From Yuukianura sp. NJ FZ-2021 (Eukaryota): a stretch of 64,000 nt of DNA. The notes beneath the pieces were generated by a model. It made no database searches. It worked only from the letters and a program-made list of their open reading frames with translations, and had not been told where the DNA came from. The stretch is taken from positions 5,952,001 to 6,016,000 of the forward strand of contig CM102285.1 of the NCBI GenBank assembly GCA_046563655.1. The letters run 5' to 3'. Position numbers and translations under genes: made by a program. Of this stretch, positions 27,831-41,871 are shown piece after piece (the first letter of the stretch is position 1; each line of letters starts with the position of its first letter).

Positions 27831-28761
27831 TTCTTTAGTAGTAGTATTCATATAACTTCCATATTTGTTCTCGCGGTGATATGAACTTCGTTGTTCTTTT
27901 GGATAAGGACAAATTATTTAAGAATATAATGCGACAGGCCTAATTATTGGTTTTATTTTGTTAGTAGTTATAATTATTATGCATTTGCAATTGCATGTGT
28001 GAGAATTGTGCTGGCAAGTGGAACGAGAAAAGAACAAGACAGAAAAGGGCCTTACCTTAACCACTTTCCGTTTCCTACATTGATTGCGTAATGTACTTAC
28101 TTTAGAATTAGTATGACTGTAAGGCACTAATCAATCACCTAATATCTTATATTGGTTCTCTTAACTCTAAAGAAATTAATAAACCTAGTTAAAACCAAAG
28201 TTTTTTGGATTTGATCATTGTAATTCTCTACTATGTCGTGGAGAATAACTTGATCCTGGTTTGGCGTATCTCTTTGGAATCGGAGTCACCATTAACGCTG
28301 TTTAATCAAGTGCATTAACTTCAAGAACTAATCTAGATGACATACTCAAAACCCAAAGCCATTTCAAACTGTCTTAAAGAAATTCCTTATGGAAAGGGAA
28401 TAGTACTTTGTAATAGTTACATAACGGATATAAATATTATTTATGTCATAGTAAGCATCTTATAATGTAATGTGTATCTTATGCACAGGTCTAAAAAATT
28501 TGGGTCGCTGAATGATAGTACTGTAACCGTTGACGTGAATGTAGTAGCAGGAAATCTGAAGGACTTTAAAAAATATGCTTTCACTAAAAAACAGTAGACT
28601 TCTTTTCTTTTGAGTTTCGCTAGAGGTTAGCATGATATCAATATCAGTATAATTTCCGATTAACTCGATATTGCGACGTAGTATTCGTTTAAAACTAACA
28701 CGGGAGATCAGATCTGAAGTATCAAGGAGGAGCAAATCCGTTTTATTGACTCATGCAAAAC

Positions 28762-29118
28762 CAGTCACCGAAACCTCAGTCGTGGGTAGAGGGGGTCTGC
28801 CCGGTCATTCCCCAGGGGGTAGTACCCCCAAAAAAAACTCGCTCACAAAAACGTGCGAAAAAAAATCACGTTTTTGTTCGCGAAAACGTAAGAAATGGAT
28901 ATCGCAAAGAAAAATTCGGTTGTAAAACGCAAAATTCAATGGAAAATAAACATTTGCGCCGAAGGCGCAAGAAATTTTCGAAGTTATCCTTCGAAAATGA
29001 ATCAAATTTACTATATTTTATGCCGCGCCCGCCTAGAGGGGGGAGGGGGTCTGCCTAGGCGCTTCGGGGCTAGAGGGGGTCTAAGACATATTAAGACCAT
29101 ACAGGGTTTCGGTGACTG
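28762..29118. mobile_element. hAT-like MITE
   Basis: TIR CAGTCACCGAAACC/GGTTTCGGTGACTG; 8-bp TSD TGCAAAAC/TGCAAAGC (one mismatch). Confidence 0.8.
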
Positions 29119-29638
29119 TGCAAAGCTGCTACTCCAATGGTACCACTAACCAACATGGTTTACGTCAATTTAGATGTCAACAATCTGTGTTGCGGGATGA
29201 ACGATCTTTGTTCGTAGAATCAAAATCTACTACACATGAGTTCTGCTCTGCTGAACCTATTCCACCGTACGAGGTACGCCGAAATTCGCATATTGGGATG
29301 CTTGACTTTGCGAAATTGTGATTTGGACGACTAAGTTTTCGAGCAGAGCAGCATGTGCTTGTTGCGTCGTTAGTTTTGGTAGCTTAAGCCTAAAGATTGG
29401 GTGTCATCCTCGTGATTCAGACAGATACATTTAACGTTTCATGTTTGTTTTTGCAAACATTAACTTATTTTATTAAGTCCAACGGTATGCAACGAATCAC
29501 CCACTTTAATGTAATTTATGAAATGAACTTTAATGTAACAACACCTTACAAATGAAGGTAATAGGTAGTTACAAGTTGGATACCAATGATTTTGGGCAAT
29601 CGACAGATACATAGAAAGAATACTTATTTAGTTAGCCT

Positions 29639-31659
29639 TTACTTGCCTCCTACTTCGACCGCTGGCTTAGCCTCTTCTTTAAGTACGTCTTTCTTGTCAT
29701 TCTTTTTTTCCAATTCCTTGCGTTCAGCATCTCGATTGGCCAATTTGTTATTGATGAGGTTATGGAGGGCTACAATTGAGCGGGAGAGCGCAGTAGCGTA
29801 GACAACCAGCATTTGGTCGTTGGTTTTTATGTAAAGGGATTTCACAAAGTCCGGGTTTGTCACATCTGGCAAGAGGTTGAAAATATCCTGCAGTTGGTAG
29901 ATGATCTGATGGTTCACAGGCAACTGGCCTTCCGCAACCTAAAGGAATGAGACATAACAGAACACGACCTTCAATGCAACGATACTAGTTGAGAGCTAAA
30001 TCATCAAAGACGTTCTACTACAATCAAGTAGAGCTGAGTTAAGATAAGTTACCTGTTTAAGATAGTTTCGGATCTCCGTCAGTTGCGAAGATAGCCCTCG
30101 TAATCCAGCTAGTTGATTGGTAACACGCTGAGAGAGACTGCCAATCGTCGTATCCTTGATATCCCTCAATAGATGTTCAACGCCGACTTCTTCGGCTTCT
30201 TCCGCTCCAATCTCGCTTGGAATATGCTCAAATGACCTTGTAGTTGGAGTCCCATCCTTCATAGAATATTTAATACTTTGTTGTTAATACCTATTTCCAC
30301 GTTCATGCGTGTATTATCAAGTATATCTATAATTTAATTTTGACTTACCTCGTGAACTTCCTCCACTGCACGATATGCCTCGGTTGGCAAGCCCAATTGC
30401 CGCGGTTTCGCATCAATTATTACCAAAACTGCGGAATGGCAATATCGTCGAATTAACTCGTTAATTTCTACATCATTGGGGTGTAGCTTAGGCCCGGTAT
30501 GATACCATCCAACAATTTTTTCTCGAGCTGGAATAGAAGAGTTACGATAGTTAAGAATAGTTTTATGGTGTGCATAGCGTGTTACCTTTGTTTAATAAAA
30601 TTTTAGTTTAATGTAGGTGTCAAGTTACCATTCACTTTTTTGAACATGTTGAACATTTGTTCCAAATAATCATGATCCAGAAACCAGACAGTCTTATCTC
30701 GGTCATCTTCATCAAATGGAACTAATTAAAGAAAAAAGAAGAAAAACAATGAGAAAAAAAGTTATTAGTAAGTTATGTTAAGTCAAATACAAAAATACAA
30801 TATATTTCTGTTGAACTTCAACATTCAGTACATCGAAATTGTTAGGAAGACGTAGTCTGAGTCTGACTCAGACTCAAACTGATAGTGAGTACTCAGACTG
30901 TTTGAGTACTCACTATAGGGATGCCGCCGTCCGTTTTTTGGTAAAAACGGAAACGAAACGAAACGGTAGGCCGCAAAACGGAAACGGTCATAAAAGAAAT
31001 AAACGAAAACGGAACGAGAAAAACGGTTTAAAACGGAAAAACGGTTGAATGTGAAAGAAGTGGATTTTCGGGCAAATCTTGAAATCTATGTTCTGCCCAT
31101 TGAAAATCCACTTCATATGATTCCAAATGTGGTCAAAATTGCCAGAGTGGACTATGATTCTAACGTTTAATTTTTAATTTCCCAAAATTTCGGTATAGGG
31201 GAAGCAAAAGTGGATATTTTCCCTGTTTTTTCTGGTTTCCGTTTTTGCCGTTTCCTGATTTTCGTTTTCGTTTCGTTTTTTTTTTTGCGAACACGGAAAC
31301 AAAACGAAAGGTACCGTTTCCAAAAATTCAAAAAACGAAAACGGAAAATCCGTTTCGTTTCCCGTTGTACACGGAAACGGCGGCACCCCTAACTCACTAT
31401 CAGTTTGTAATGCCACAATGGCATTGCCACTGGCCACTGGATGGAAAATTGTATGGTACTACTAGTTACCTGCAAAACTATTCGAGACGTCCAACACCCC
31501 TTTGCTGGACCATGACCCTAGGAGTACGCCTACGACACGTTTGTGACTTCCAATTTTGCCCATTCGATTGAAGTGATCGACAACACTCAACAATACTAGC
31601 GGATGTACAATCACACGTTCGACGACACCATCGTGGCCAATGGGACTTGTCGTTTCCAT
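29639..31659 (-). CDS. PSMD7: 26S proteasome non-ATPase regulatory subunit 7 (Rpn8/Mov34), 5 exons
   Basis: [51 protein letters not shown]..|[10 protein letters not shown]..|[20 protein letters not shown]..|[17 protein letters not shown]. Confidence 0.98.
30916..31391. mobile_element. hAT-type MITE with AAACGG subterminal repeats in PSMD7 intron 1
   Basis: ACTCACTA|TAGGGATGCCGCCGT ... ACGGCGGCACCCCTA|ACTCACTA (8-bp TSD). Confidence 0.9.
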
Positions 31660-32583
31660 GATGAGTTACACGACTAAGATTAATAAATACAAAGTAAAAT
31701 TAATCACCCAAGTAGTAGTAAATTAGTATTAATATTATGAGAGTATTTTTAACGTAACAATGTTTCACACGTTCTTTGTTTTTATCAAGAGCCGAATTAC
31801 TAACTGACTTGGTATAAAACAAAATCCAAGGTGCGTGGTAGGAGTAAGCTTTAACGACAGTGATCGTAACCGCAATTTGTAACTGCTCCCTCAGTCATGT
31901 CTGGCTATGATAGACGGCTACACCCTACACCTGATTGGTACCTTTTATAGCCGCTCTAGACTAAAGCAAACCCAGCCTAAAATAGGTACCACATAATACC
32001 TGCATATTGTAGGCACAAGCACAAAGTGGCTATACTTTACGGTTACAATTAGTGTCGCTAAAGCTTTCGCTAACCAATTAGACTTGCTGCACACACAGGA
32101 TTAGTAAGGTGCCTTTATAGCTTTGAAAACCGTCGAGTCACCCAATCTGTGGCATTCCTATTCCTCGGACAATTGAGATCAACGCGTCCAACTTCTATGA
32201 GCGTCAGGTGAAGTGCGATATGGATTCTGTCGTAACAAACCGGTGCATAACTTTAGTACTGTTGCGTTCACCATCCCCTTCCCCATGTCAAATTTTCCTT
32301 TTTTGGGGCCGTGTTGATCCGTTTTTTTTACAGAAACCCATTGGCCATACATAATACTATTCCGAATTACACCATAAAAGTTTTAAAAAAAAACGTTTAA
32401 ATTTATGACTAAACCTAAAAAAAATTCAATTTCATCTTGCAGCTTTGTCAATTCATGACAACTAAAGTAGGGTATGCGCTACAAATTTTGCTACGCTTCT
32501 ATGAAAAATGTTCTGAGATAGGGGAAACCATATTTTGATGGTCATGTATGAATTATGAAAATTTCATTTGAGATGTAGCTTTT

Positions 32584-32757
32584 AAGCCCAATTTATACTT
32601 TTCGTTTCCCTGGCGTTTCCCGGGCAAAAGTTTGTCGTAGGACACGATTTTAACGAAAACTTTATGACATTTGTATTTAAAATTCGGTTGTTATAGACGT
32701 CTACGACAAACTTTTGCCCGGGAAACGCCAGGGAAACGAAAAGTATAAATTGGGCTT
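32584..32757. mobile_element. Palindromic MITE with ~57-bp perfect arms
   Basis: AAGCCCAATTTATACTTTTCGTTTCCCTGGCGTTTCCCGGGCAAAAGTTTGTCGTAG and its exact reverse complement. Confidence 0.85.
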
Positions 32758-32822
32758 TAAATGTCGACATTTGAATTTTTCAAAATTGAGTTGAATTGTG
32801 ACTTTGAGAGGTATACATAAAT

Positions 32823-32984
32823 ACTAGACGGAACCCGTGATGTTTACACATCACGATGACATGAAGGAAGGATGATTTTGAACATTTTGTCAAAAATCCG
32901 CTAGCTTTTTCGTTTGACCCGAGGTATGACCTAGTGCTTAAAGGTAATTTCGTGATGTGTACACATCACGGGTTCCGTCTAGTT
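32823..32984. mobile_element. Small MITE with ~34-bp TIR
   Basis: ACTAGACGGAACCCGTGATGTTTACACATCACGA ... TCGTGATGTGTACACATCACGGGTTCCGTCTAGT. Confidence 0.8.
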
Positions 32985-33555
32985 GAATCGAAAATGTATT
33001 GTAAAGGCATTGCATTGTATTGCATTTGGTGCTCCAGCATCGGGGTAACTGCTTCAGCCCAAGGCTTTTGATCAATTTGCAAACTGTGTTTCTGTGAACT
33101 GTGAATCATTCCGGTTGCTCTGTGTAAGTCTTCCCGAATTCCATGTAAAAAGGCGGTTTTGATATTGAGCTTATGTCGTAGACACGCATCTCCAGAAGAC
33201 TGAAAGGATGAACTTTCAAAAAAACAAAACTAACTCAAGTGACCCTCGTCTCCAGGACACAGTGGGGCGATTCGTACAAACAACGACAAGTGTTTCCTGG
33301 GAAACAAATTAATTTTTGCAAAGAAACAAATTAATTTTTGCAAAATACACAATTATGGAGGCCAAAGAGTTGCTAAATTGTCGGCACAGCAACTGTAAAC
33401 ATTGAGCGCTTTCAATTTTTATGCGTAGTGACCTAAGGTTACCCCTCATAGACACAATTTTAGCCCAAATTCAAAAATCGGTTAAGTAAAGAAGGTCAAT
33501 GTCCTAGAAACATACGCGTGTTAGATATGAGCAGGACTAAATTTTTCCTCATTTT

Positions 33556-34914
33556 TTACCGTATGTTCAGTTGCGCAATATGTTGTAGCGCATTTTCCAA
33601 AGAATTAACCGGCAAGTCACAAGTACCGTAACTTCCGTACAGGCCCGCCGTGTCACTGATGACGTCATTCCCAATGTCGCTGTTGCCATGACAACAAAGA
33701 AATCCGTTGCAGTCGACTGAACTTCCAACTTTATAGTCAAGGTTCAAGTGAATGTCAGTGTCAGTCAATTGGAGGATTTTGATCTGTCGGCTCTAAAAAT
33801 GCCAAATTCTGAAACTTTAGTTAACTTTTTGCAAAAAACTTAAAACTCGAGTTATTGCCCAACCTGTTAAAAAAAGTATTTCTTTGTTTATCTACCTTGG
33901 TTTACCTTAACCAATTAATATCTTGCCATGTTCTTACAGTAAAGCCGTTATGGAAAACTGGCTTCCGGATTGGTTGTGTAAAGTGCCTAGGTCCTCCTCG
34001 GTCAAAGGTCACTTTTCGTTTATATCGGAACCTAACGCTTGACTTTTACTAACTTGAAAAAGCTATCCGAATGGCCCTAATCAAGTCAGTGGTATTGAAT
34101 ATGTTCAAATTTAACCAATTTATTTAACCAATTAAAACAAGTAATAATTATCAGGGAAAAACCAACTTCTCTCTTCTCGTCCTTCTTCTTGTCCACTCTA
34201 AAAATACCCAAAAAAGTAACTGTTCAAAATGCCAACTTTGAAAGAACCGCCAACATCTCAAATCAAACGAATAGTTACAGAGTTTTCAAAAACGCTCTTA
34301 GTCAAAAAATTAATAACATAACTTAAATAATTTTAACCTATTTTAACAGGTTGTGACCAGTTTTGAGCGGCAATTTCTGAAATGTTGATCCTCCAATTTG
34401 AAAATTCAGAAGGCGCCAAGCATCCTATAGATTCAAAAACTATTCCCCACGCCATGCTAGTTGTAATGTTATGCCTACTGGACAACATGTAGTATGTTGC
34501 GGGCATCATGTGCTGCACAAGTCCCTCACAAACTGAATCACTTTTCAGTTGTAAGAAGGAACAAATTTTGATGAGTTGTGCAGAAATTGAGTCAAGGTCA
34601 ACTCCTGACCTCACATAAATCATTTCATTGAAATCATACTTTGAAACAATTTTTGAAACTTTTCAAAATTTTGACCTTACCTGGTCTATGATGTAGCCCA
34701 TGCCAACTCGAAATGCGAGACAGGACACAGTAGGGCTGGATTGTGGTCCACCTTCTAGTAACTCCAGGAATGCCGAAGTATCCGGAAGTTCAAATCCTTC
34801 TGGAATGTTGAACGAAAATTCGTCGGACATGAACAGGGCAATGAATTCCGCAAATTTCGAAACTTCTGCGCTCAAATCCCCATCTGAGTCGTCGTTTTCC
34901 ACTCCAAAATGCAA
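33556..34914 (-). pseudogene. Truncated acid sphingomyelinase-like (SMPD1 family) gene: saposin-B region plus start of the metallophosphoesterase domain
   Basis: Exons read LIKICSFLQLKSDSVCEGLV.. and KILQLTDTDIHLNLDYKVGSSVDCNGFLCC..AGLYGSYGTCDLP. No further catalytic exons are visible before PSMD7. Confidence 0.75.
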
Positions 34915-37299
34915 ATTTGAAAAACCTGTTCAAATGTTCAAAAAATGTTATTGCTTGAACTATTTAAAACGTACAAAAAAAAATATTTCGAACAAAATAC
35001 TCACAAACTCCAAAAAATATTGACACAACCAATAACCCAAGTTTTGCGTAACTCCAGCGTATCATGCCGTTCATAAAATAAAAACAATAGTATAATTTTT
35101 TTAACAGGCAGAAAATGCACACAATCTTCAAATTTTGAAGTAATTTGTGAAATGTTTGTTACAAAAGTGAAAAAGTTGATGGATTTTGTGCGTAGTTCAC
35201 AAAACAAAGTTTTACGAGCATTAGTTATCTGCAGAATCTTGGGCCTACCATTGTAGGTGAGGGGTTTACAGACTCTGCAACCCAGCCTCAAGTCAACCAG
35301 AAGATCCTCTCGTCTCTCTCTCTTCGTCACAGTCAGACAGTCGTTTCCCTCCCCCGCTTCATTCAACATCTCTCTTCCTCCAGTCTCCTTTTCATTTCAA
35401 ATTAAACTTAAGGTATCAATTAAACTAAACTTAAAGTACGCTAAATAAACGGAGTATCACAACTCCTTTTCCGAGCATCATCATCAGTTGTTCCTGTCTT
35501 GTTTCTTGGGCTTACCCATTAGCCCGTCATAGGTCAAATCAAAACATGAAGGCTATCTCTGTTGTTTCTTGAAAATTTAAAAAAAAATTTTAATTGTTTT
35601 TTTTGAAAAACTGTACTGGGTTTTGGTGGGGCTGAGGAAAAGTTGCATTAAAAAGTTACTGACGTGAAATGTACAATGAATGACTCCAAGGGCTCACCCT
35701 CATCCGAAGTCGTTCGGCAAAAGTTCAAGGTCATTTGAACATAACTTATATCTGTATACAATGTACGAACTTATGACTCTGGGGCAATGTGAGATTTTGA
35801 AATGTCAATTCAGTCCAACAGAAGGTGAAATTTTGAAACTTCTTTGTTTTCAAAATAGACTTGAAAATATTGCGTTCAAATGTCAATCTTTCCACAATTT
35901 CTCGAAGTTTATATTTTTTTAAATCTTGTAGAATGATCATGTATGATTACTCGACACCCATGTAACTCCGCGGGCAAAATGTTGAACTGCTTTTTTACAG
36001 ATGAATTGCTTATTGCTTAAAATGATCTTTACTCAGAACAGATCGGAGTTTTAACATATGCTCCATCAATTACGTTAATACACACCAAGTTTAATGCAAA
36101 TCAAACCAATAATAAAGTGCGTGTTATCGTCACTGGTAAACTTGATTGAGGATTTTTGAACACTTTGTTCCTTTGGTTGAAACTTTAACTTTAAACAACA
36201 AACATTTTTGAGTCTGTCGCTATAGCAACTTGTTTTTTGTTAGATTTCGTGAGACGTACGTCTCACGAACATATCACGAACGTATCACTTATATGTTCGT
36301 GTTCGGACATTTTTCCGGCTCAGATACCTTAAACAGAAATTATATTCGGTGAAGGGAAGATTTAGAAATAGTAGAAAAGCAACCCTTTGAAGGCGGAGAA
36401 AATTTTCGCAGAAAACGTAGACACCGGAGTTATTGAGCAACCTGTTGTGGAATAAACAATCGAATTGTTTACCAACCTTGTTTTCCATAGTTTTCGTGGT
36501 TTACGTTATTTCATTATACATTTATGTTGTGAGAGCGTAAGTTTACAAAAATTTGAATTTTGAGGACATCCTCAGTTTTCGTTTTATATTTCGTGCGTGT
36601 TAATCTGTTTAGAAATTCAAACTTCAAAAAAATTGTACGTGAAAAAAAAAGGTGTGAAAGTACTACGAAGCTGTAGCTAACTCGTGGTTAAATTTTTATT
36701 GTTTCCAGCTTTGCATTGTCTCTGACCCGTCTCCTGTCACATGTATTTTAAAAATACCGCGGCATTTCACAACCTTGTAACAAACGAAAATTCAACACAC
36801 CTTGGATTTAATGTGAAGAAATGAATTGTCGATGCAAACAATATGCGAACGAGTGGCGGCAGTTGCCAGCATTGCATTTGACCTTCACTTTTAGAACCTA
36901 TTCAACAGAAGCTTTTGTTCCAGAATTTTAAAAATACGATTTCGTTGTAGTATCAAGTCAATAACGTGATAAAGAAGAAGGAAACGCTGCCCATATTTTT
37001 GTGGTAGAATCTCTGCACCTAAGGTTCCTATAGCAATTGAATAGCTATCTTTAAGAGGTTTGGCAATATGTCTTATTCTCCAAAAATGTTGCTGCAAATA
37101 TTTTTTTACACTGATTTTTTATGATAAACGTCTGTAACTCAAAAGTAACTGCAATCCAACAGGATACTTGAATAAATTTTGCATGCATCAGAAGGCTAAG
37201 GTGCTGTAAATCAAAAGCGTGATTACGTTTTTGATGCATCCTCTGAAGGAAGTTGTCAAGAGCAAGACCAAAAGTAACCTCAAACTGGTTCTCCACTAA

Positions 37300-38222
37300 T
37301 TATTAAGTAGCTTTAGCTACTTTATAAAAGCGTTTTCGTCCGTCATCGCGTTTTCTGTCCTAGACCCATAAGGAAAGCCTGTCCGTCATCGCGTTTTCCG
37401 TCCTAGCATAGGGATCACCATTGAAAAAGTAGTGAAAATGTGAGACAAATTATCTCGGGAACTACTGGATCGATTTTGCTCTAGTTTTTTCTAGTGACTA
37501 TCTCATGACCCGGACATGGTCACTATTGAATATTATCCCGGTGTGTCAACTCCTTCCGGGTCAAAATCAATTTCAAAGGTCACGTGAATTTATGCATGGA
37601 GGAAGTGTGGGTAAAAAAATCTCTGCTTGTGAGACTGGAAAGGCAATTGGCATGGGAGTTGGTTCTCTGCTTAGCAAAAAATCTATTACGCAGTTGACTA
37701 CATACTCATGCACTGTGTCCAGTGTCCATTCCTTCCATCCGTTTCTTCTGCTGTTGCGTCGTCCGTATCCCAACTCCACATCTGTCACTTGTCACACCTC
37801 ACTTGTCACCTGTCACACTTCATCTGTCACCTGTCACATGTCACGCGTCACCAGTCACGCGGAAAAGTGGGGGGAACACCCACCCCCTCTCCCCCGGGAC
37901 ACCCACCCCTCTCCCCCTGGGCACCCACCCCTCTCCCCCTGGGCACCCACCCCTCTCCCCCTGGGCACCCACCCCTCTCCCCCGGGGCACCCACCCCCGC
38001 GCTCCTGTGGTGCGGAGCGAAAAAGTGGGGGAACACTCCCACTCCCCCCGGAGGGGCGGGAAAGTGGCGTAACACACCCCCGCGCTCCCTGGGGTGCGGA
38101 GCGAAAAAGTGGGGGAACATACCCCCACTCCCCCTGGGGGCTGATTAAGTCCTGTTTGTTTAAAAAAAAAACACCTAAACGCTAAAGCTACTTTTTTATG
38201 TGCGGTTTACAACCGGTTTATT
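37300..38222 (+). mobile_element. Helentron/DINE-1-like non-autonomous element, copy A
   Basis: Subterminal IR AAGTAGCTTTAGC/GCTAAAGCTACTT, GTCCGTC motifs, central GC-rich ~21-bp minisatellite, 3' mini-hairpin CGGTT..AACCG, T-rich ends; near-identical to 47668-48703. Confidence 0.75.
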
Positions 38223-39219
38223 ATTATGTAGCATGTACTACTAGAAGTTCATGGCATCATTATTTCTGAACTTTTGATTAGCGCCTAAGTTTGGCCTTCA
38301 ACTTTTTCTTGTTATTAACGAAAGTAGGAAGTAGAGAGTAGTAGTTATTAAGTAAGTAGCAAAAGTAGATATACTTCTTAAACTATTTCAGTGTAAAATA
38401 GGTACTTTATGGTTGAGACCGTGTCGGTCTGTATCTTGCCTCTCGGTCGGTCCGCCCGACTCTCTCTCTCTTCATCTAGTATTGGCAATCACTCTGGAAC
38501 CACTACGATTTCCAACCTGTCTTCACCTGAAAACCTGATGGGATCCTCAATGTCTGAAGATGTGCAATGGTTTCCGGTTTGTCCGGAAGTAAACAACTTC
38601 CATCTAGTGCACTCCATTTTTATTTCGCTACTTATTTACGGCGTTTACAGAGGTTAATTAAATATTATATTAGCATATTGGTACCAAATGATAGGTCTGG
38701 GGTATGTGCTGAGGTTGCACTATTCCATACAGTGATAAGGGAGTGGTCATATCGTGGTGACAAATCTGCATATCTAACGAGCGCCATAACTACATACAGA
38801 CAAGTACCACTAAACTACTATTATTTCTTACATCGTGCACATTGTTCTCAAATCTATGTGTTTTGGTATCGCCAGTGGTTAGCTGCAACTGAACATGTAT
38901 TTTGTCAACTTTTAAGAACTCTGTAATTTCAAACCACGTATATTATTCGCTGGTTCAAACGAAAACTAATTTGTTTTTTCCATTTCTTTCCTATTTACTT
39001 TAATATGGTAACGGTAGCGTATATGCTGCCTTAACCTATTACCTCCCCTGTTACATTTTAGGGGAAAAAATGTAAACACAGCTTTCACTTATTACCTCCA
39101 ATGTCCAAATTCCGTACACTGAGCTAACAGAATTAAATTATATTGGTTTGGGTTAAATTCCTTAACCTAACTTAACATATTTAATTTAATTTACTTGTTA
39201 CCTATTCTAGAACTAACAG

Positions 39220-41327
39220 TTAATCCAACGCAACTTTACACTTGCGGTACATAATTTCAGCAACAAATGTGATGAGGCAGATGAGTGCAAGTACAGCGTG
39301 TACAATAAAAACTCCAAGCAGTAGACCACTGCCCCACGAGAGTCGCTCAAGTAAATTTCCCGGTAAATTTTGAATTGTGAGCAATTTTTCCACTTCTTTC
39401 TTGACTTTGAATTTGTACGTTTCCGGACCATACAAGATGTGCCGAAACAGTCCGCAATGTATGAGGGACTGGAACTGCCGCTGGATATGACCACCACGGT
39501 CAAAAGTCATTGACCCCATAACCCAATATGTATTGTAGGAAAAGTACTTTTCTTTCCCGTAGTACAACTTCTTAGAAGCCTTGGAATCGACTTGTACTAA
39601 ATCTAAAAATGTTTTTCTCAAACCGAATGTATCGTCTATGTAAATTTTGTTTTCACACTTGAGAATTTCTCGCAGAAGTTTTTTGTCTCTCTCCGAAAAT
39701 TCCACAAAAATTGGTGTAATGCTTTGTATCAATTTTGGAAACATTTCATTTAGAACAGTCGAGTTAGCTGGGTATAATGTGCCCAAGCCGGCGTGACGAT
39801 AGACTCCGTGGATGAAAGGATTTAAATCCATCGCCTTCATAACGCATTTCCAATTGTCCTCCATTCGCTTAGTATAGTTCCACATCTCAAGTTCCTCCAA
39901 GCAGGATTTGTCTCCGTGAACAATAGCTGAATGTATAATTGGAACTTTAAATTTTGCCGCGAAGGCGTCACTGACTGATTCCACCCTAGTAGTCGGTAGT
40001 GGCGCGGTTAAGTCAGCGGTTACTTCAGAACGATACAGATTTGACAAAATAACCAAAATTAAAGCGAGTGTAGCCAAGAAAAATTTTAGGCGATAGATTT
40101 TTTCAATTTACCAGGAAACGTAATGCTTTGTTCAAATAGCAATCGAATCACAAAAAAGACGTAATTGTCCGCACAACGCTTGTACCGAACTACAACAAAC
40201 ACAAAATATACAGTAACTATGAGTGAGGTCAAAACGCCAATCCAGGCGTCATGGTTAAACGGTTTTGTAAACCCTAATAGACTAATAAATTTTTCTACGC
40301 CGGCGCAAGTCATGAATTCAAAGTCGTGTGTGGTTTGGTGGTAAACCGAAGTGTATGGTAGCGTTTTTCTTTTGCCGCCAGACATGTCAATAGTTGGTGA
40401 TGCGTCCTGGAAAACATAAATCTGTTTTCGAAAGAAGTCCCTCGTAGTCCAATATTTGCGCTTAAATTTTATTACGTTCCGACCCAAATTTGATTTTGAT
40501 GCAGCTGAAGCTGATTGGTTGAGATACCGGGTTACGCTTTTTAAAATAATTTTGGAAACGGGGCCACGTACATCACGATCGTATACTTCCGTACTCCTCC
40601 CGATGAAAAAATCAGACCTATTGAATTCAGATTCAAGCATGAGCCATGTCATGGGACACGCATGAAGTAGGACTTTTGTCAGTTCAGTATCCAGTAGTGA
40701 CCGAAAAGGGACTACTGCAACATTTCTATCTATATTGCGTGTTCGTAGAGCGTATGTATTGCATGGTGGTGGGGAAACTGTTGTCACCTCGGTAATATTG
40801 CTTGAAATACGGTACAGGAATAGTGGCACGGACTGTTCACTCCATGTTTCGTCACACTTCTCAAGGTACCGGTCTTCTTTTTCCGCCATTTCGTGAGAGT
40901 GTAACCACACAAAGTAAATGTTTCGGCCGTAGCATGGTTGCAGTGTCATTGCATCGTAGGTATCGCACTCCACTAGCCAGTTGAATCGAGACGGTAGTCG
41001 ACATAGCTGCGCAGTAGTGAGTTCGTGAACAAAATTTAGAATTAGTGCGCATGCATGATTTTTTACGAATTTTCTAACTTGTAATGCAGTAAATGTAGAG
41101 TTAATTTGGGTTTCATTTTGTGGTAGCACGATTAGTTGAATAGGTTGACTTGAAAAATAATTCAATTGTAAACTTGAGGCAGCCTGCGCGACCACGACGA
41201 TTACATGGCAGTAGTCGTATCCGAGATTTTCAAATTTAGCTGCCTGTTCGAAATTGGTGGACATTATGGAGAAAATAGTTGCAAAATTTATGAAAAGTTT
41301 GAAAAGTTGGTGCACTGACTTCATCAT
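39220..41327 (-). pseudogene. Divergent ionotropic-receptor-like chemoreceptor, copy 1 (single frameshift)
   Basis: Two ORFs (40086-41339, 39220-40077) collinear with intact copy 3. One base is missing in a T-run near 40102 (GATTTTTTC versus GATTTTTCTC). Confidence 0.8.
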
Positions 41328-41871
41328 GTGTGCTAACAAACAACTGCCTTGGTTTCAATTTCTCACTTGAATTTCTGGTTTTAATGGAACATTTAGCTGT
41401 TCATGGGACTGTCTATTCTTGAATTGTGAGCTTAGAAGTTTCTGGCCTTCAACTTTTTCTTGTTAATCAAGATTGTACATATTAGCGTGCTGAGATATCA
41501 AATGATAGCTCCGGAGTTGTGTCGAGATGGTAATCTTCCAGGACATGACAATTTTCGTGCCGATAGTAAGCCATATTGCCAAATGAGTTGCTACCCAACG
41601 CATTTCATAAATTTCACCGATAGGAATTAGTTCGTAAGGTACTTTACTTCGAAAGTAAACTATTCCGACGCGAATTAATGCGAAAGCCGAATGTCTGCTT
41701 TCTGTCTGCTGCCTAACCTATTACCTCCCCTGCTACATTTTAGGAGAAAAATGTAAATACCGCTTTCACTTATTACCTCCAATGTCCAAATTCCGTACAC
41801 TAAGCTAACAGAATTAAATTATATTGGTTTGGGTTAAATTCCTTAACCTAACTTAACATATTTAATTTAAG

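Noticed and set aside
36891..37296. Two short minus-strand ORFs next to the DINE-like element
   Set aside because: No recognisable motif or consistent splice structure.
37505..38185. Overlapping Pro/Gly-rich ORFs (also 47873-48659)
   Set aside because: Open in most frames on both strands because of the GC-rich minisatellite inside a repeated element.
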